Source of the DNA: Longimicrobiales bacterium
GTDB lineage: Bacteria; Gemmatimonadota; Gemmatimonadetes; Longimicrobiales; Gaopeijiaceae
Length of the DNA: 64,000 nucleotides
Reading direction: 5' to 3'
NCBI GenBank assembly: GCA_041690395.1
Contig: JAWLHJ010000001.1
Span: 224,001 to 288,000 of the forward strand
The notes beneath the pieces were generated by a model that was not told the DNA's origin, made no database searches, and saw only the letters and a program-made list of their open reading frames with translations. Position 1 is the stretch's first letter; the number at the start of each line of letters is the position of its first letter. Positions 59,045 through 64,000 of the stretch are shown here, piece by piece. Position numbers and translations under genes: made by a program.

Positions 59045-59946
59045 CCGGCGGTCCGTCGCCTGCCGCTGGTTCCGCGGCCGATCACACGGTCCGCCACTTC
59101 GCGTCGCTCGACGACTACCGGGCGTGCGTGGCGCTCCAGGAGGAAGTTTGGGGGGACGGATTCTCGGAGCGTGTGCCAACGGCGATCCTGAAGGTCGGGC
59201 AGGAGCTCGGTGGCGTCTCCGCCGGCGCGTTCGACCCCCGCGGTCGGCTCGACGGCTTCGTGTTCGGCCTCACCGGCCTCGACGGCGACAGCGAGCCCGT
59301 GCATTGGTCCGACATGCTGGCCGTGCGGGCCGACGTGGCCGGCCGGGGGCTGGCCACCCGCCTCAAGTGGTTCCAGCGCCAGGCGGTGCTGGATCGCGGG
59401 GTCACCCGCATGCTTTGGACTTTCGACCCGCTCCGCGCCCGCAACGCGCATCTCAACCTGAACAAGCTGGGCGCGGTCGTGCGCGAGTACCGGGAGGACA
59501 TGTACGGCGAGACGGACTCCGAGCTGCACCGCGGCATCGGCACCGATCGATTCGTCGCGCTTTGGCGGCTCGACTCGCCGACCGTGGCTTCACGGGCCGG
59601 GCAGGCCGGGGGGCACACCGGAGCGCACGGCGGTTCGCCGTCCATCGCCGCCGAGCCGATCGTTCTAGCTCTGGACGTGTCTCGCGGTCAGGGGGAGCCC
59701 GCTCCGCGCCCCGAGGCCGTCCGCCTCGGACTCGACGCACCCCGCATCGGCGTTCCGATACCGTCGGATATCGGAGCGGTCATGGCTCGCGACGGCGGAC
59801 TGGCGGTAGCGTGGAGAGAGGCGACCCGGAAGGTGCTCGTCCATTATCTGAGAAGGGGATACGAAGTGACGGAACTGATCGGCGGCGACGACCTGGTGAC
59901 CTACGCGCTCGAGGCGCGGACCGAGAACCCCGGAGACGCTCCATGA
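59041..59946 (+). CDS. GNAT acyltransferase, putative D-amino acid N-succinyltransferase
   Basis: HWSDMLAV, WTFDPL..RNAHLN..KLG, TDRFVA; lies between M20 and NSAR. Confidence 0.8.
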   Translation: MTGGPSPAAGSAADHTVRHFASLDDYRACVALQEEVWGDGFSERVPTAILKVGQELGGVSAGAFDPRGRLDGFVFGLTGLDGDSEPVHWSDMLAVRADVAGRGLATRLKWFQRQAVLDRGVTRMLWTFDPLRARNAHLNLNKLGAVVREYREDMYGETDSELHRGIGTDRFVALWRLDSPTVASRAGQAGGHTGAHGGSPSIAAEPIVLALDVSRGQGEPAPRPEAVRLGLDAPRIGVPIPSDIGAVMARDGGLAVAWREATRKVLVHYLRRGYEVTELIGGDDLVTYALEARTENPGDAP

Positions 59947-61052
59947 AGATCGATCGCGCGGTTCTGCGGGAGATCCGCATGAAGCTCCGGCACCCCTTCG
60001 AGATCAGCAGCGGCGTCACGGAAGAACGGCGCATCCTCCTGCTCACGCTGCACGGCGAGGGCCTCGAGGGATGGGGGGAATGCGTGGCCGGCGAGACGCC
60101 GGCATACGCCTACGAGACGACCGACACCGCCTGGCATGTCCTCACCGACCTCGTGCTGCCGCGCGTCGTGGGACGTGAGGCTTCCGGACCGGAAGGGCTG
60201 CTCGAGCCCGTGAGCTGGATCCGCGGACACCGCATGGCCCAGGCCGCGGTCGAGATGGCGGGATGGGACCTCAGCGCGCGCCTCGCCGGTGTCTCGCTGT
60301 CCACACACCTCGGGGGTGTTCGCGAGCGCGTGCCGGTGGGGGTGAGCGTGGGCATCCAGGGTACTGACGAGGCGCTCATCCGGCAGGTCGAAGGCTTCGT
60401 CGACGAGGGGTACGCGCGCGTGAAGATCAAGATCAAGCCCGGCCGCGACCTCGACATGCTCGGCGCGGTGCGCGATCGCTTTCCCCATCTCCTCATCATG
60501 GCCGACGCGAACTCCGCGTACACGCTCGACGACATGGACCGCCTCACGGCCCTCGACGACCTCGACCTCATGATGATCGAGCAGCCGCTCGCCTATGACG
60601 ACTTCCTCCACCACGCCCGCCTCCAGGAGCGCATCCGGACGCCCGTCTGTCTGGACGAGTCGATCAAGTCGGAGGGCGACCTGGAGCTGGCGCTCGAGCT
60701 GGGGAGCTGCCGGATCGTGAACATCAAGCCGGGGCGGGTGGGCGGGCTCGCGGTGAGCCGCCGTATCCAGGAGACGATGGTCGAGCGCGGGCTGCCCGTC
60801 TGGTGCGGGGGCATGCTGGAGAGTGGCGTAGGGCGCGCGCACAACCTGGCGCTCGCGTCGCTCCCGGGCTTCACCCTCCCCGGTGACATCTCGGCCAGCC
60901 GGCGATACTGGGACCGGGACATCGTGTCGCCGGAGTTCGAGGTGGATCCGGACGGACACATGAAGGTCCCGACCGGTTCCGGGATCGGAGTGGAGGTCGA
61001 TGTGGATCGGGTGCGGGACCTGACGGTGCGCGAGGCCACCTTTCCGGCCTGA
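59943..61052 (+). CDS. menC: o-succinylbenzoate synthase / N-succinylamino acid racemase (NSAR/OSBS subfamily)
   Basis: KIKIKPG, DANSAY, IEQP, LDESI, NIKPGRVGG, CGGMLE, LPGD. Confidence 0.9.
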   Translation: MKIDRAVLREIRMKLRHPFEISSGVTEERRILLLTLHGEGLEGWGECVAGETPAYAYETTDTAWHVLTDLVLPRVVGREASGPEGLLEPVSWIRGHRMAQAAVEMAGWDLSARLAGVSLSTHLGGVRERVPVGVSVGIQGTDEALIRQVEGFVDEGYARVKIKIKPGRDLDMLGAVRDRFPHLLIMADANSAYTLDDMDRLTALDDLDLMMIEQPLAYDDFLHHARLQERIRTPVCLDESIKSEGDLELALELGSCRIVNIKPGRVGGLAVSRRIQETMVERGLPVWCGGMLESGVGRAHNLALASLPGFTLPGDISASRRYWDRDIVSPEFEVDPDGHMKVPTGSGIGVEVDVDRVRDLTVREATFPA

Positions 61053-61082
61053 CGGTTCGCTCGCTCGTGAGCACCGGCACCG

Positions 61083-62846
61083 TCAGCCCACCGGTGCCGT
61101 GGGCCTGATGCACCAGGGGCAGTAGCGCCACCCCGCCTCCAGCCGCTCGCCGCACGAGCAGATGCGAGCCGTGCGGGAGCCACACCGGGGACACGCGAGC
61201 GCCCCGACCGGCACCGCGCCGTCGCACGACGGGCAGGGCAGGGTCGCGCCCGCGGCGGCGTGGATCAGCCGCGTGATCTCGTGCGGCGTGGTGAGCCCCG
61301 AAGCCACCGCGCGGCGTGCGTCCGTGTCCATTCCGACCATGCCGGCCTCCCGTGCGAGGCGCCGAATCTTCGCCGATGATCCGCCGCGTGAGATCTCGTC
61401 CCGCAGCGCGTCGGTGATCGCGAGCACCTGGTAGACGCCGGTCCGGCCGATGTAGCCATTGCCGCACTCCTCGCACCCGCGAGCCCGGCAACGAGCGCAG
61501 GCCCGCCGGACCAGCCGTTGGGCCACCACGCCGGCGAGCCCGCCCGCGACCAGGAACGGCGGAACGCCCATGTCGAGGAGGCGGGTGACCGCGGCGGCTG
61601 CGTCCGTCGTATGGATCGTGGACAGCACGAGATGACCCGTCACCGCGGCAGTCATCGCGATCTCGGCCGTCTCGCGGTCCCGGATCTCGCCGACCATGAC
61701 GACGTCCGGGTCCTGCCGCAGCACCGCCCGGAGCGCCTCGGGAAAGCCGAGCCCGGCCGGCCGATCGACCTGGATCTGGCTCGCCCCGGGCAGCCGGTAC
61801 TCGACCGGGTCCTCGAGCGTCACCACGTTGCGCGTATCGCGGTCGATCTCCGACAGGGCGGCGAAGAGGGTGGTGCTCTTGCCGCTGCCCGTCGGCCCCG
61901 CGGCGAGGATGACCCCCTCGCCGCGCGTCACCAGCCTCCGGACCTGTTGGAGGTCGCTCCGCCTCATCCCCAGCTCCTCGAGGCTGCACGGCGCCGACTC
62001 GGAGTCGAGGATCCTCACGACGGCCTTCTCACCTCCGTTCACCGGGAGCGTGCTCACCCGCAAGGTCAGTCGTCGCCCTCCGTGCGTCATGGCGATCCGC
62101 CCGTCCTGGGCACGCCGTCGCACCGAGATGTCCATGCCGCCCAATACCTTGACCCGTGACAGGACCGCCCGTCGGGCGGCCGACGGCAGATCGAGCGCAC
62201 GTTCCAGGATCCCATCGACCCGGAAGCGGACGCGTACGTCCTCTCCGGTCTCCTCCACGTGGATGTCGCTCGCTCGCCGGTCCACGGCCGTGCGGAGAAT
62301 CCGGTCGACGAGGCGGACCACGGGCGCCGCCCGCGTCGCCCGCTCGAGCTCCTGGTCCGGCAGGGTGGAGGGTCCACGGAGCTCCTCCGGGAGCGACTCC
62401 ACCAGTGCCTCCAGATCACTCCCGTACGCCGCCTCGATCGCGTCGAGCACGGCATCGGGCGACGCGACGCTCGGACTCACGCGCCGCCCGGTCTGGAACT
62501 GCAGGTCGTCGATGGCCGCGAGATCGAGGGGGTCGGCCATGCAGACGCGGAGCGTTCGGGGCTCCACGTCGACGGGCACCACGCATCGGCCCCGCGCCAG
62601 AGCCGGGCGCACGATGCGCACGGCCTCGGGGTGGGGCACGATCGGCGGCGCCCGGTAGGGCAGGCCGAGCTGGGCGGCGAGCGCCCTCGCGACATCCTCG
62701 GCCGACACCAGACCGAGCCGCGTCAGGACCTCCCCGATCCGCTCGCTCCCGTGGCGTGCCTCCTGCAGCGCCGTGGAGAGCTGTGCCTCGCTCAGCTTGC
62801 CGTCCTCGACGAGGAGCCGTCCGAGCATCTTCGGTCGTGTCGCCAT
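61083..62846 (-). CDS. GspE/PilB-family ATPase with N-terminal MshEN and C-terminal zinc ribbons
   Basis: LGRLLVEDG..RIGEVLTRLG; ASDIHVE; GPTGSGKSTT; RQDPDVVMVGEIRD; TGHLVLSTIH. Confidence 0.92.
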   Translation of the reverse strand: MATRPKMLGRLLVEDGKLSEAQLSTALQEARHGSERIGEVLTRLGLVSAEDVARALAAQLGLPYRAPPIVPHPEAVRIVRPALARGRCVVPVDVEPRTLRVCMADPLDLAAIDDLQFQTGRRVSPSVASPDAVLDAIEAAYGSDLEALVESLPEELRGPSTLPDQELERATRAAPVVRLVDRILRTAVDRRASDIHVEETGEDVRVRFRVDGILERALDLPSAARRAVLSRVKVLGGMDISVRRRAQDGRIAMTHGGRRLTLRVSTLPVNGGEKAVVRILDSESAPCSLEELGMRRSDLQQVRRLVTRGEGVILAAGPTGSGKSTTLFAALSEIDRDTRNVVTLEDPVEYRLPGASQIQVDRPAGLGFPEALRAVLRQDPDVVMVGEIRDRETAEIAMTAAVTGHLVLSTIHTTDAAAAVTRLLDMGVPPFLVAGGLAGVVAQRLVRRACARCRARGCEECGNGYIGRTGVYQVLAITDALRDEISRGGSSAKIRRLAREAGMVGMDTDARRAVASGLTTPHEITRLIHAAAGATLPCPSCDGAVPVGALACPRCGSRTARICSCGERLEAGWRYCPWCIRPTAPVG

Positions 62847-62937
62847 GGCGCACGATCGCTCCGGGGCAGGGGCGACGGCATGCCGGAATCGGACGCCGCT
62901 CCCGGGTCGGGCCCACGTCGTCGGTCGGGCTCCGTCG

Positions 62938-63834
62938 TCAGTCGACTCCGAGCAGCTTCCGGATGAAGGGCGCGACGTCCCGCAGATCCCGCATCGCCGT
63001 GGCCTCGTCCGCCCCCGGGCCGGTCGCCAGTCCGAGCGCGGGGTTGCGGGTGTGGCCGGCTTCGACGTCCTCGATGTTGCCGTGGTCGCTCGTCACGAGT
63101 AGCAGGGTATCCGTAGAAAGCCGCTCCAGGAGCCCACCGAGGAAACGGTCGACGCGCTCGAGCGCGCGTACCGCGGGCTGCATGTCGCGCGTATGCCCCG
63201 CGGTGTCGGTGGCGTAGTGGGCGTAGAGCGTCAGGTCGTGGCGGCCGGTGATGGCCGCGAGGTTGTGGCCCGCCCGGGCCGCATCGATCTCGGGTACCCC
63301 CTGATGGCCCAGCACGCGTCGCCAGCCTTCGTTCACGATCTCGCTCGACACGGCTTCACCCCGCTCGAGCGCTTCCTCGTGCCGGTCGAGCACGCCGGCT
63401 CCGCGTGCCGCCAACGGAGGCCCCGCGATCCGGCGGCTCCCGCCCGGCCCCGGCCACCCGCGGGGGTACGCGTTGGCGAACGCCACCGATCGGCCCGCCG
63501 CAGCCACGCTCCGCAGGACGCTCTGCTCCTCGACGAGCGGACGTAGCCGGACCGGAATCCAGGGGCCGAAGTGGCCACCGAAGAGGGCCCCGGCGTCGAG
63601 ACCGGTCAGCAGCGCCGTCTGGCCCGTGCCGCTCTGTGGTGTTCCGTCGACTCCGAGCGTGGCATCGAGGGGGAAGAAGCCCGGGCCGGCATCCGTGCCG
63701 GCGAGACGATCGAGGGAGGGCGGGTCACCGCCCGCGAGACGCTCGATGGCGGGCAGCCGTGTCCGGAAGAACGGATTCCGCTCGGGATCGGCCGGGCCGA
63801 TGCCCACCCCGTCGAGGAAGACGAGGAGTACGTG
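62938..63834 (-). CDS. alkaline-phosphatase-superfamily metalloenzyme (phosphoglycerate mutase-like); start unresolved
   Basis: HVLLVFLDGVG, PQSGTGQT, DTAGH, TSDHGNIED, HTRNP. Confidence 0.85.
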   Translation of the reverse strand, partial: HVLLVFLDGVGIGPADPERNPFFRTRLPAIERLAGGDPPSLDRLAGTDAGPGFFPLDATLGVDGTPQSGTGQTALLTGLDAGALFGGHFGPWIPVRLRPLVEEQSVLRSVAAAGRSVAFANAYPRGWPGPGGSRRIAGPPLAARGAGVLDRHEEALERGEAVSSEIVNEGWRRVLGHQGVPEIDAARAGHNLAAITGRHDLTLYAHYATDTAGHTRDMQPAVRALERVDRFLGGLLERLSTDTLLLVTSDHGNIEDVEAGHTRNPALGLATGPGADEATAMRDLRDVAPFIRKLLGVD

Positions 63835-63917
63835 GGCGGGACTAGCAGGTCGCGCGGGGTACTCCCCTCTTTCAGCGACCTGCTGAGAGCCGCGGACGCC
63901 CCCGGTGGCGACGGGTG

Positions 63918-64000
63918 TTACTCGCCCGGTCGCAGGTCCATGGTGACCTGCACCTGCACGTGGCCCATGTCCGCCCGGTCCCGCAGCGCATCACGAATGC
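63918..64000 (-). CDS. 3' end of an unidentified gene entering from the right edge
   Basis: ...IRDALRDRADMGHVQVQVTMDLRPGE* with host-like codons and TAA at 63918. Confidence 0.5.
   Translation of the reverse strand, partial: IRDALRDRADMGHVQVQVTMDLRPGE

Noticed and set aside
59943..61052. menC as evidence of a menaquinone operon
   Set aside because: No other men genes nearby; the neighbours point to a racemase role.
1..64000. Transposases, prophage genes, CRISPR arrays, rRNA
   Set aside because: None recognised in the sequence or the ORF track.

Overview
High-GC bacterial chromosome segment spanning the replication origin. Gene content and order suggest Gemmatimonadota, but this is inference and was not checked. 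The core is dnaN<-oriC<-dnaA | rpmH-rnpA-yidD-yidC-mnmE-acyP-mnmG-(two parS sites)-parA-parB-M23 peptidase-bactofilin. It is followed by lipA-pdhABC...lpdA, ispH, a translationally coupled glcDEF/M20/GNAT/NSAR operon and an orphan MshEN-PilB-type ATPase. The best novelty candidate lies at about 3.8-11.5 kb. An unannotated 24-aa hydrophobic peptide ending in Trp (9578-9652, minus strand, near-perfect SD) sits between an uncharacterised gene and a membrane-anchored HD-GYP phosphodiesterase. This unit converges on an AraC plus SARP/STAND/TPR regulator pair, and part of it has lower GC. It looks like a peptide-signal/c-di-GMP system. Other highlights: (1) an operon of PlsC, a mitochondrial Tam41-like cytidylyltransferase and a CDP-alcohol phosphatidyltransferase; (2) an rnpA frame that apparently starts upstream of rpmH and overlaps it fully (Thermus-like); (3) a B. 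subtilis-like DnaA-trio unwinding element; (4) a second DnaA-box cluster about 12 kb from oriC; (5) an ECF41 promoter driving atypical targets. All family assignments come from motif recognition by eye; no database searches were run.
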